In this document: positions 39,519-48,057 of the stretch, one piece after another
How the letters are laid out: every line of letters starts with the position of its first letter
Position numbering within the stretch: position 1 is the stretch's first letter
Source of the DNA: Chitinophagaceae bacterium
GTDB lineage: Bacteria; Bacteroidota; Bacteroidia; Chitinophagales; Chitinophagaceae
Direction of reading: 5' to 3'
NCBI GenBank assembly: GCA_947380435.1
Contig: CANCRC010000001.1
Span: 1-57,594 of the forward strand
Length of the DNA: 57,594 bases
Position numbers and translations under genes: made by a program
The notes under the pieces: generated by a model
What the model was told of the DNA's origin: nothing
The model's database searches: none
Seen by the model: only the letters and a program-made list of their open reading frames with translations

Positions 39519-40472
39519 TTAATTATTCAGAAAGCTTTCCATAGAGGCTGCTACCAATTTCGGCGCTTCTTCCATGGGCGTATGGCCTATATTTTTATAA
39601 ACAGTGAGTAGACTTCCTTTTATATCTTTTTGAAATAGGTAGGCATTATCAACTGCAATGAGATGATCATATTCTCCCCATAATATTAAAGTAGGCTGGC
39701 TAATGGTTTTAATGGGTTCGGAAGAAGTGGCTATTCTATTTTTAAACAAAGACAAAGTTGCTGCGCGATTACCTTCTCTTAATAACATTTCATGATACCT
39801 GGTTACAATGGCATCGCTAATAAGGCTATTATCGTAAAATACTGTTTCTAAACTTTTTCTTATTAAAAATTTGGGCGTAATAAATAAGAGTAAATTATTA
39901 ATAACAGGGGTACTGGCTAATTTAAAACCTAAACTTCCTTTTTCATTTTTCATAGGATAACCACCTGCATCCAATAAAATTAGCTTCGCTATTTTATTAG
40001 GATGCGCCACTGTATACTGCCATGCAATAGCACCTCCTAAGGAATTGCCCGCTAAAGCACATTTATTAATATGCATTGCATTTAAAAAGGAGTCTAGAAA
40101 ACGAACATAATAATCACCTGCATAATAATTCTCCGGATTAGGACCTGTGATACCAAAGGCAGGTAGGTCAAATCTTATAATTCTTCTATTATTAGAACTA
40201 GCAAGCATAATGGAGACCAAGCTATCCCAGGTATGTAAAGAAGAGGACGTACCATGAATAAGTACCAAGGGTGTTGAATCGGATGGGTTGCCTTCATCTC
40301 TATAATGCACCTGCATCCCCATGAGTGGCATATACTTAGAAGCTGCATTACCATATTTAGCTTTAATTTTTTCAACTGGAATGTCTCTTTGTCCATACAC
40401 TGTAAATACAAGCACTAAGAATACCAATATGCTTATCAAACTATAGCCAAGGTTGCGTTTTATCTTATTCAT
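39519..40472 (-). CDS. Alpha/beta-fold hydrolase with N-terminal membrane anchor
   Basis: LIHG, DLPAFG, GNSLGG, WGEYD and GHTPMEE motifs. Confidence 0.9.
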   Translation of the reverse strand: MNKIKRNLGYSLISILVFLVLVFTVYGQRDIPVEKIKAKYGNAASKYMPLMGMQVHYRDEGNPSDSTPLVLIHGTSSSLHTWDSLVSIMLASSNNRRIIRFDLPAFGITGPNPENYYAGDYYVRFLDSFLNAMHINKCALAGNSLGGAIAWQYTVAHPNKIAKLILLDAGGYPMKNEKGSLGFKLASTPVINNLLLFITPKFLIRKSLETVFYDNSLISDAIVTRYHEMLLREGNRAATLSLFKNRIATSSEPIKTISQPTLILWGEYDHLIAVDNAYLFQKDIKGSLLTVYKNIGHTPMEEAPKLVAASMESFLNN

Positions 40473-40779
40473 ATATTATTTTCTTATTGCGATTTTTCTA
40501 ATTGTCAATTTATACCCTTTTTTTATATTAATGAATTCTTGTTCAATGACTTAAAATGAATATTACTATATAGTTTACTAAATATAAATGTTAAAGAAAA
40601 CATAAAATTGCATTTTGAGCAAAAAAAATATTTATGACTTATAACTTGACCGTCAGTGCTTTAGACGCGAGTTAAAAAAACTACCATTTTGCTTCTTTTT
40701 TAGATTGCTGTGTTATATAAGTATTTTTTGTAATTTTTATTAACCGAATTGCTTATTAATAACCAAACCAAAACCAAAA

Positions 40780-41586
40780 ATGAAAAAAATCTATCAACAA
40801 ATTCTTGATTTTCCCCAGATGGTGAATCAAAAAGTTTTGAATGCGCAGTTAAACGCTGCAGTAGATAATTTCGATTCTCAAAATGGAGTAAGATCCTACA
40901 CTAAGTCAATCTATCAGATTCTGTCTATTGTAGTATTTATCTCCATGGAAGTGGCTATCATTCATGGTGCTATGGGGTACTTCACCGATACCGCTAGCAC
41001 GGGTCTAGGAAAAGCAGGTAGTGTTTTAACTACTTTATTGCTTATTTATTCAGCCTTCCCTATTGCGCATATCATTAAAGCTAGAGGGGAAAGCCTGGGT
41101 GGTTCACATAACGGTATGGTAACTTTTCTTTTTAAAGACTTTGTTACAACCAATATCAAAATACTTGGAGAAGTAGCTGCAGTAGGTGCTTTTATAGGCG
41201 CTTGTTGCTTAACCTTATCTTTTGTATTTGATACCAATTTATTCAACGCAACTACGGGCACTGCTTTCAGTACCATTAGTGGTTTAAGTAGTTTACCTAT
41301 GCAGGGCTTAACTAATTTATTCGCTGCATTAAGATTAGATTATTTAACATCTGTATTAAGTTCTTTTGCCTCTTTCACTATGCCAAGTGGTCAAAGCTTT
41401 ACAGGTGATATGCTTTGGAATATTAATGATTTGTTCTTAGTAGCTGGTGCCTTTGTGAATGTGGCACTTGGATTAACTGTTTTGTATGTGAATCTTGCTA
41501 TTTATCATTTCTTATACACTATGGTTTCTAATTTCATTAAGTGGATTCAAAGCCCCTCTATTCCTATTGCAATGAAAACTAAATAG
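40780..41586 (+). CDS. Hypothetical polytopic membrane protein
   Basis: 268 aa with 4-5 hydrophobic segments; long upstream region and its own terminator; no family recognised. Confidence 0.75.
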   Translation: MKKIYQQILDFPQMVNQKVLNAQLNAAVDNFDSQNGVRSYTKSIYQILSIVVFISMEVAIIHGAMGYFTDTASTGLGKAGSVLTTLLLIYSAFPIAHIIKARGESLGGSHNGMVTFLFKDFVTTNIKILGEVAAVGAFIGACCLTLSFVFDTNLFNATTGTAFSTISGLSSLPMQGLTNLFAALRLDYLTSVLSSFASFTMPSGQSFTGDMLWNINDLFLVAGAFVNVALGLTVLYVNLAIYHFLYTMVSNFIKWIQSPSIPIAMKTK

Positions 41587-41620
41587 GAAAAAACTTTTGT
41601 CATTTACAATCGTTTCGAAT

Positions 41621-41659
41621 AAAAAAGCCCCCTCCTTAATTGGAGGGGGCTTTTCTTTT
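41621..41659. terminator. Bidirectional intrinsic terminator
   Basis: aaaaaagccccctcc-ttaatt-ggagggggcttttctttt between convergent genes. Confidence 0.88.
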
Positions 41660-41709
41660 AAATAAGCGCCTAGCTTATTAGTAATTTTTTTTAATTATTA
41701 GAGACTGCA

Positions 41710-42090
41710 TTAATTATTAGGCTCTACAAAATAATCCACTACAAAAACTTTATCCATATGTGGTTTTAATACAGCTTGGAAGGCTATATGTGCAGGGTTT
41801 AATTGATAGTCAGCTAAATCTTTCTCAGAATTAAAAGTAAGTGTAAAGCAATGTGTAAAGCCTTGGTCTAAATGTTCAGGACTCATATTAATACCCCACT
41901 GCATATTTTTTACCTGAGGCACTTTGCCATATAGTTTTGCAAATGTATGTGCTACATTTTCTACTTCTTTTGCAGAAGAACTTGCTTTAAAAGTAAATAA
42001 TACAATATGTTTTAACTCTCCTGTTCTATTTTGAGCATGCGTAGTTAAAAAACTAGTTGCTAAAAGGGCGAATAAAATAAATTTTTTCAT
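41710..42090 (-). CDS. Dabb (stress-responsive alpha/beta barrel) family protein, secreted
   Basis: KHIVLFTFK, WGINMSPE, GFTHCFTLTF, HIAF and VVDY motifs; signal peptide. Confidence 0.88.
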   Translation of the reverse strand: MKKFILFALLATSFLTTHAQNRTGELKHIVLFTFKASSSAKEVENVAHTFAKLYGKVPQVKNMQWGINMSPEHLDQGFTHCFTLTFNSEKDLADYQLNPAHIAFQAVLKPHMDKVFVVDYFVEPNN

Positions 42091-42116
42091 TTTGATTGGG
42101 TTAATTAAGTTTAAAA

Positions 42117-42929
42117 TTATAAATAAGTTTGAGGATCGTCACAAATTCTAAAATTTTCATTAAAGCTATTCATTATTTTGATATCCTCGTTAGAGAGCGT
42201 AAACTTAGTAGCTTCAAAATTTTCGACTAATCTTTCCTTTTTGGAGGATTTAGGTATAGTTGAAATGCCATGCTGTAAATGCCAGTTCAATACAATTTGT
42301 GCAGGTGTTCTATTATATTTATTACAAAGAACTACTAGTCGCTCATCTGAAAATTTGAGCCCTCTAGTAATGGGTGAATAAGACTGCACTTGAATACCTG
42401 CTACTTTAGAGTAGTTTAGTAAGTCTTCTTGAAACAACCAAGGTGAGAATTCTATTTGATTGACTGCAGGAACAATATTAGCGGTTGATTTTAATTCTTC
42501 TAATAAGGCAATATTATAATTAGCCACCCCAATGGCCTTCACTCTTTTATCTGCATATAATTTTTCTAAAGCCTTCCAAGAAGCAGCACGACCTTCTTTA
42601 ATAGGCCAATGTATTAAATATAAATCAACATAGTCTTGACCTAGCTTTTTTAAACTATCGTCAAAAGCTTTAAGGGCTTGATCATAACCATGGTCGGTAT
42701 TGTTTAATTTAGTCGTTAAGAAAATTTCTTCTCTATTAATACCCGATCTTTTTATAGCATTGCCAATTTCTATTTCATTTTCATACATGCTAGCAGTGTC
42801 TATCAAACGATAGCCAATGGTCAAAGCATCTTCCACCGCCTGCTCTGCGGCTTCTTTGTACATATCATAAACACCTAAGCCCAATAAGGGCATAGTAATA
42901 CCATTATTGAGCTTAGTGCTATTATTCAT
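42117..42929 (-). CDS. Aldo/keto reductase (AKR5/DkgA-like)
   Basis: GLGVY, IDTASMYENE, TTK, DLYLIHWP, NQIEFSP and IPKS motifs; likely start ATG 42929. Confidence 0.92.
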   Translation of the reverse strand: MNNSTKLNNGITMPLLGLGVYDMYKEAAEQAVEDALTIGYRLIDTASMYENEIEIGNAIKRSGINREEIFLTTKLNNTDHGYDQALKAFDDSLKKLGQDYVDLYLIHWPIKEGRAASWKALEKLYADKRVKAIGVANYNIALLEELKSTANIVPAVNQIEFSPWLFQEDLLNYSKVAGIQVQSYSPITRGLKFSDERLVVLCNKYNRTPAQIVLNWHLQHGISTIPKSSKKERLVENFEATKFTLSNEDIKIMNSFNENFRICDDPQTYL

Positions 42930-42949
42930 TTGATTAGACAGAGCGTTGT

Positions 42950-43933
42950 TTACCATTTCTCTAGGCCTAATAATTTTTTGCCTAAATCATTTAAAACTGC
43001 AGTTTCATATTTTGTTTGCTCCCAGTTTCTTGGATCGCCAGGGAAGGCATAACCTTCTGGTGCAATTCTATGTTTCCAAGAATTCACTCTCCACTCTGTT
43101 AAAGCTGGATTATTTTCTTCTGCAGGCATCATTGATAAATATTGTGCAATACGCACTTTGTCTGTACTATTATTGGCTCTTATACCATGTGGTTCTAAAC
43201 TATTAAAAATTAATAAGTCGCCTGCTTCCAATTTTACTTTAGTAGGCGTGAATGCAGAAGTATCTGGTTTAAATCTATCTCTGTCTTCCGGTTGTGTTAA
43301 TTTCCAAGTATCATAAGTTCTATATAATTCCGGAATACATTGAAAGCCTCCCATGTTTTCATCGTTTTGGTCGGCTAAGGCTAATACACCTTGCACATTC
43401 ACAGGTTTTGTTTCTGGATCGTAATCCCAATGTATAAATGCTTTGTATTCATGTCCTGGTCGAATAGGAAAATTTAAATTGGCTCTATCAATAGATACCC
43501 ATAATTTTTCTGTTCCCCATATATCAACAAAGGCGTCATAAACTTTTTGCATTTGACGATTGTTCCATAAATGTTGATTATTATAACATTCTACCATGCC
43601 TGTACCTGCAAGCTCTTTCATTTTCATTTCAGCTCTTGGTGCAGTGTACCATGTTTCTTTATTATTAGGGTCCTTCTCTTCAAACTCCCATAAGAAAGCC
43701 GCAGTCGCTAGTGCTTGTTCACGAGGTACTGCATTTTTAACAACAATATATCCATTGTGTTTCCAGAAGGTCCAATCTTCTTCACTTAATACACGTAGTG
43801 GTTTGCCATTAGAGCGGTCATTTAAACTAGTGGCACTACTTTTTGCAGTAGAAGGGTTTCCGGGAATGTCTTTGTGTGCATTATTAGGCACCATGGTAGG
43901 TACCATATTGGGCACCATTGATTTATTTTCCAT
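42950..43933 (-). CDS. PhyH-family Fe(II)/2-oxoglutarate dioxygenase
   Basis: NGYIVVKNAV, HWD (HxD), GGFQCIP, GDLLIFNS..PHG (distal His) and RIAQY motifs. Confidence 0.87.
   Translation of the reverse strand: MENKSMVPNMVPTMVPNNAHKDIPGNPSTAKSSATSLNDRSNGKPLRVLSEEDWTFWKHNGYIVVKNAVPREQALATAAFLWEFEEKDPNNKETWYTAPRAEMKMKELAGTGMVECYNNQHLWNNRQMQKVYDAFVDIWGTEKLWVSIDRANLNFPIRPGHEYKAFIHWDYDPETKPVNVQGVLALADQNDENMGGFQCIPELYRTYDTWKLTQPEDRDRFKPDTSAFTPTKVKLEAGDLLIFNSLEPHGIRANNSTDKVRIAQYLSMMPAEENNPALTEWRVNSWKHRIAPEGYAFPGDPRNWEQTKYETAVLNDLGKKLLGLEKW
43883..43918 (-). repeat. Three tandem 12-bp repeats encoding MVPN-MVPT-MVPN
   Basis: attaggcaccat / ggtaggtaccat / attgggcaccat on the plus strand. Confidence 0.8.
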
Positions 43934-44090
43934 AGCAATTCTATTTAGTTTGATGAAGTAAATGTACAGTTTCTAAGGGGCTAAGCATTTTCCCTAAATT
44001 GGCCATTTTTTGCTCTATTTTGATAAATTATGGTTAATTTGGTATCCAAGTCAGTTATTTTAGTAGTAATTATAGGAATTCAACGATTGA

Positions 44091-44939
44091 ATGAAATTAA
44101 GTTTAGAAAATATAAAACCAGACGAAGGAAGCTCCTTTAAAATTCTTTTAACGCCGAACTTGAATGAAATTTATTACTGGCATTTTCATCCAGAGATAGA
44201 ACTTGTTTATGTAGAAGCGGATAAAGGCATAAGACATATTGGTGATCATATTTGTACTTATGAAGGAAGTGACTTAGCCTTAATTGGTTCTTATATTCCA
44301 CATTTAAATTTTGATTATGGTGTAAAAACAACTGTTGAAACAGTAGTTGTTCAGTTTAGACAAAATTTTTATGAAGATGCATTTTATAAACAACCCGAAA
44401 TGCAAGCTATTTATGATTTATTTGAAAGAGCCAAAACAGGTATTGCTTTTTTTGGTGAAACAAAAAAGAAAGCAGGTGAATTATTAAAAAAATTATCGGG
44501 GCGTTCTGCCTTTGATCAGTTATTATTATTAATTCAAGTTTTTCAACAATTAGCTATAAGTAAAGAATTCACCTCACTAAATACGCGCCCCATTGCTTCT
44601 CATGCGGTTATCAAGGAACAAGAAAGAATGCATCAAATATATAAGTTTGTTGAAGCTAATTTCCAAAAGCCTATAAAAATTAGTGAAATTGCCTCTGTAG
44701 TCAATTTATCTGAAGCAGCATTTTGTAGGTACTTTAAAAAATCAACTAAACTTACTTATACCGATTTCGTAAATCAATACAGAGTTAATCATGCTAAAAA
44801 ATTATTAATGCAGGATGCTAATGTAACAGAAGCCTGTTATGATACAGGTTTTGAAAGTCTATCTTATTTTAATAAAATATTTAAAAAAATAACTGGAGAA
44901 AATCCCTCGGCTTATCGAAAACGAAAAATGAGTTTCTAA
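44091..44939 (+). CDS. AraC-family transcriptional regulator (cupin plus HTH)
   Basis: WHFHPEIEL cupin; AFCRYFKK and GFESLSYFNKIFKK..GENPSAYR; divergent from the PhyH operon. Confidence 0.93.
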   Translation: MKLSLENIKPDEGSSFKILLTPNLNEIYYWHFHPEIELVYVEADKGIRHIGDHICTYEGSDLALIGSYIPHLNFDYGVKTTVETVVVQFRQNFYEDAFYKQPEMQAIYDLFERAKTGIAFFGETKKKAGELLKKLSGRSAFDQLLLLIQVFQQLAISKEFTSLNTRPIASHAVIKEQERMHQIYKFVEANFQKPIKISEIASVVNLSEAAFCRYFKKSTKLTYTDFVNQYRVNHAKKLLMQDANVTEACYDTGFESLSYFNKIFKKITGENPSAYRKRKMSF

Positions 44940-44943
44940 TATA

Positions 44944-45618
44944 TTATTTAATAACCCCATCTTCCATATGTATAATACGGTGGGTGCGCTCTGCAAAGCT
45001 AGGGTCGTGGGTAACAATTAATAAGGTTTGATTAAACTCAGCACTTAAGCGATTGAATATATCAAAAACCATATCGCTATTTTTTTTATCTAAATTACCA
45101 GTAGGTTCATCGCCCATAATAATATGTGGGTCATTAATAAGGGCACGTGCTATGGCTACTCTTTGCTTTTCTCCACCCGATACATGATTGGCTTTTTTCA
45201 AGGCCAAATGCTCGATACCTAAAATTTTTAATTTTTCCATGGCACGGTGTTCCACTTCTTCATTTGAATACTTATTCAACTTCAAGCCAGGCAACATCAC
45301 ATTTTTAAGCACATTGAATTCATTTAACAAATAATGAAACTGAAATACAAAGCCAATTTTTTCATTTCTAATTTTTGCTAAGAAGCCTTCATCTTTTTTA
45401 GGCATTTCTTCCTGGTCAATAAAAATTTGCCCTTCGTAATCGGTATCCATGGTAGATAATAAATACAGTAAGGTTGATTTACCACAACCCGATTTGCCCG
45501 TTAAAGAAACAAACTCACCTTTATTAATACTGAAATTTATATTATTCAGTACCTGCACTCGAATAGGATCGTGAAAGTATTTATTAATATTTTTAGCTTC
45601 TAAAATGGGTGTATTCAT
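44944..45618 (-). CDS. ABC transporter ATP-binding protein (LolD/MacB-like)
   Basis: GKSGCGKST, FVFQFHYL, SGGEKQR, DEPTGNLD and VTHD motifs. Confidence 0.93.
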   Translation of the reverse strand: MNTPILEAKNINKYFHDPIRVQVLNNINFSINKGEFVSLTGKSGCGKSTLLYLLSTMDTDYEGQIFIDQEEMPKKDEGFLAKIRNEKIGFVFQFHYLLNEFNVLKNVMLPGLKLNKYSNEEVEHRAMEKLKILGIEHLALKKANHVSGGEKQRVAIARALINDPHIIMGDEPTGNLDKKNSDMVFDIFNRLSAEFNQTLLIVTHDPSFAERTHRIIHMEDGVIK

Positions 45619-45619
45619 A

Positions 45620-46879
45620 TTATTTTCCTCTTATAATTATAACCGGATCAATCTTACTTGCTTTACGCGCAGGAAACCATCCGGCTAAATAGGTGGTGAT
45701 AAATGAAAACACAATACCAATTAAATAGAACCTTGGATTATAATTGATAGGATAGGTTTTAATGGTTGGGAGTGATGCAGTATTAAAAGGAATTTGATCA
45801 ATAGTGGCAGACAAGCCGAAACCGAATAGGAGCCCCATTAGTCCACCAAATATACCAATGCTAATAGCGATATAAATAAAAATATTTTTAACATCATTAC
45901 CTGAAAAACCAGTGGCTTTTAAAATGGCAATGGAATCCATTTTTTCAAAAATCATCATGTTTAAAATATTATAAATACCAAAACCTGCTACTATTAATAG
46001 AGTAATACCCACTGCATAAGAAATTAAAGTTCTAATAGAACTACCTGTTTCAAATTGCGAATTAGCAGTTTGCACATCCTCTGCATCAATTTGATAGAGT
46101 TGTTCATATTCCTTAGCTAAAGAAGGAGCCAAGGAAATATCTTTCAACTTTACTTGAATGGCGGATATATAATTACTAGGTTGTGATAATATTTTTTGAA
46201 CCGTACTTACCGATGCATAACTCTGAACATCATCAAAGTCACGAATACCAGATTGAAATAAGCCTACTACCTTTAATTGAAATCTTTCTCCTTTGGAAGT
46301 AGTTACTTGTACAACATCTCCAATATTTACTAATAGTTTTCCAGCAAGTCCCTTACCTAAAATAACACTATTGCTAATTTTGGTTAAATCGGCAGCATTT
46401 CCTGCAGTTACATATTCATTGAAATGAAATAATCTAGCTTCTTCCACAGGGTCAATGCCATTCATAGCGCCAGTGATATCAATACTACCATCATTGAAAA
46501 ATATTTGAGCAGTTAGTTTAGGGGAGAATCCTAAAACACGCTTATCCTTTTTTAAAGATTCCATGATAGCCCCACTATTATAAATAGCTTGTCTATTGGC
46601 ATCAGATTTGATAGACTCTATAAAATGGTGGGCATTTCCATATTCGGTTGCTAATTTAACGGGCTGATTTTGATTGGGCTTGATATCATTGAATAGTCTA
46701 ACATGTGGCGTTCTATTTAAGATAAGCCCGTCTAGTAAATCGTTCAAACCACTCATAAAGCTAAGTAGTGTAATGAACATGGTAATACTAAAGGTGACGC
46801 CAATAGCCGCAACCAGCGTCTGTTTCCACCTTGCAAAGAGTAAAGATTTTGCAATATCTATGAGCAGCTTTCTTTTCAT
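45620..46879 (-). CDS. ABC transporter permease (MacB/FtsX/LolE-like)
   Basis: 1+3 TM topology with a large periplasmic domain; IAILKATG and PARKASKIDP motifs. Confidence 0.9.
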   Translation of the reverse strand: MKRKLLIDIAKSLLFARWKQTLVAAIGVTFSITMFITLLSFMSGLNDLLDGLILNRTPHVRLFNDIKPNQNQPVKLATEYGNAHHFIESIKSDANRQAIYNSGAIMESLKKDKRVLGFSPKLTAQIFFNDGSIDITGAMNGIDPVEEARLFHFNEYVTAGNAADLTKISNSVILGKGLAGKLLVNIGDVVQVTTSKGERFQLKVVGLFQSGIRDFDDVQSYASVSTVQKILSQPSNYISAIQVKLKDISLAPSLAKEYEQLYQIDAEDVQTANSQFETGSSIRTLISYAVGITLLIVAGFGIYNILNMMIFEKMDSIAILKATGFSGNDVKNIFIYIAISIGIFGGLMGLLFGFGLSATIDQIPFNTASLPTIKTYPINYNPRFYLIGIVFSFITTYLAGWFPARKASKIDPVIIIRGK

Positions 46880-46881
46880 GA

Positions 46882-47958
46882 TTAAGGTTTGAAAAGAGCA
46901 TCTTTTGCTGTTATACCAGAGATAATTTCTACTTTTTCGTAATCTTTTAAACCGGTCACTACTTTTCTTTTTTCCTTGTTGTCTAATAAAACATATTCAT
47001 TGTCGATTAAGTAGTTTCTAGGAATGGTTAACACATTTTCTTTTACTTCAATGACAATATTGGCCTCGGTCGTTAAATTAGGATATAAGTGATCGGGCTT
47101 TTTTGTAAATACGGCTTCTACTTTAAAGGACTTAGATTTTTCATTCATGATAGGGTATAACCTACTCACTACTGCTTCAAATACTTCTCCTTTATAACTA
47201 TCTAAAGTTAAAAATACTTTTTGCCCAATTTTTAATTTTGAAATATCATATTCATCTGCTTGTAATTCTACATAAAATTGATTGGCGTCTCCTATAATAG
47301 CAATAGGCGATTGTGAATTCACCATTTCCCCTTTTTCTTTTGATAAACTATAGAGCTTACCATTGATTTCGCTTTTTACGACAAAGTCGTTCATTGAACT
47401 TGAAGAGATATTAGCTGTTCTTTGAGTTTGCTCGGATTGAAAATTGATTTGTTTTTGTAAATCGTTGCTGCGCAATTTTGCCGCATTAAAAGTACTTACT
47501 GCATTTTTATAAGAAAGCTCTCTTTGGTCTAATTCATTTTTAGAACCAATTTCCTGTGCCCATAATTTTTTTTGTTTCTCATATAAAGAAGCCTCGTTAT
47601 CCATTTTTAATTTGGCTACTTCTAATTCTGTTTGGGCTTGTATTAATTTTTCTTTATTCTCATTGGTAGAAGAAAAATTCGCCAATAATTTTGCATTCTC
47701 ATAACTTAATTTTTGGGCAGCATCTGATAACTTTAAAATGACCTGTCCTTTTTTAACTAAGTCGCCATCTTTTACAAAAATAGCTGTAACAATGCCTGTA
47801 GCTTTTGCATATACTTGATATTGATTATTACTTTTAATAATGCCTGAAGCATATACAGAATAGGTGATCTTTTCTATACTTGGATGGATGGATTCTACTT
47901 TTTTATTACAAGCAGTTATAGCCAGTAGCAAAAGCAGGCCAGGCAGTAGTTTAGCCAT
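46882..47958 (-). CDS. Periplasmic adaptor (HlyD/MacA-like), lipoprotein
   Basis: ITAC lipobox, lipoyl halves (FVKDGDLVKKGQ; VKSEING), coiled-coil hairpin, DEYDISKLKIGQ; exact start uncertain (47958-47985). Confidence 0.85.
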   Translation of the reverse strand: MAKLLPGLLLLLAITACNKKVESIHPSIEKITYSVYASGIIKSNNQYQVYAKATGIVTAIFVKDGDLVKKGQVILKLSDAAQKLSYENAKLLANFSSTNENKEKLIQAQTELEVAKLKMDNEASLYEKQKKLWAQEIGSKNELDQRELSYKNAVSTFNAAKLRSNDLQKQINFQSEQTQRTANISSSSMNDFVVKSEINGKLYSLSKEKGEMVNSQSPIAIIGDANQFYVELQADEYDISKLKIGQKVFLTLDSYKGEVFEAVVSRLYPIMNEKSKSFKVEAVFTKKPDHLYPNLTTEANIVIEVKENVLTIPRNYLIDNEYVLLDNKEKRKVVTGLKDYEKVEIISGITAKDALFKP

Positions 47959-48057
47959 AAAATTATTATTAAAATTCATAACCAAAGCTATGGATTATTT
48001 CGTAAATTTCTATTCATAAAATCGTGATAACGATCATATAATTTAAAAAAAGTAAAG

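Noticed and set aside
3857-41659. Similar hairpins at 3857, 23835 and 41621 as a REP/MITE family
   Set aside because: The stems differ in sequence and all lie between convergent genes with A/T tails, so they are ordinary bidirectional terminators.
44944-47985. LolCDE lipoprotein-trafficking system
   Set aside because: It is co-transcribed with a HlyD/MacA-type adaptor, so it is more likely a MacAB-type exporter. This is an ordinary system, and no TolC is in the window.
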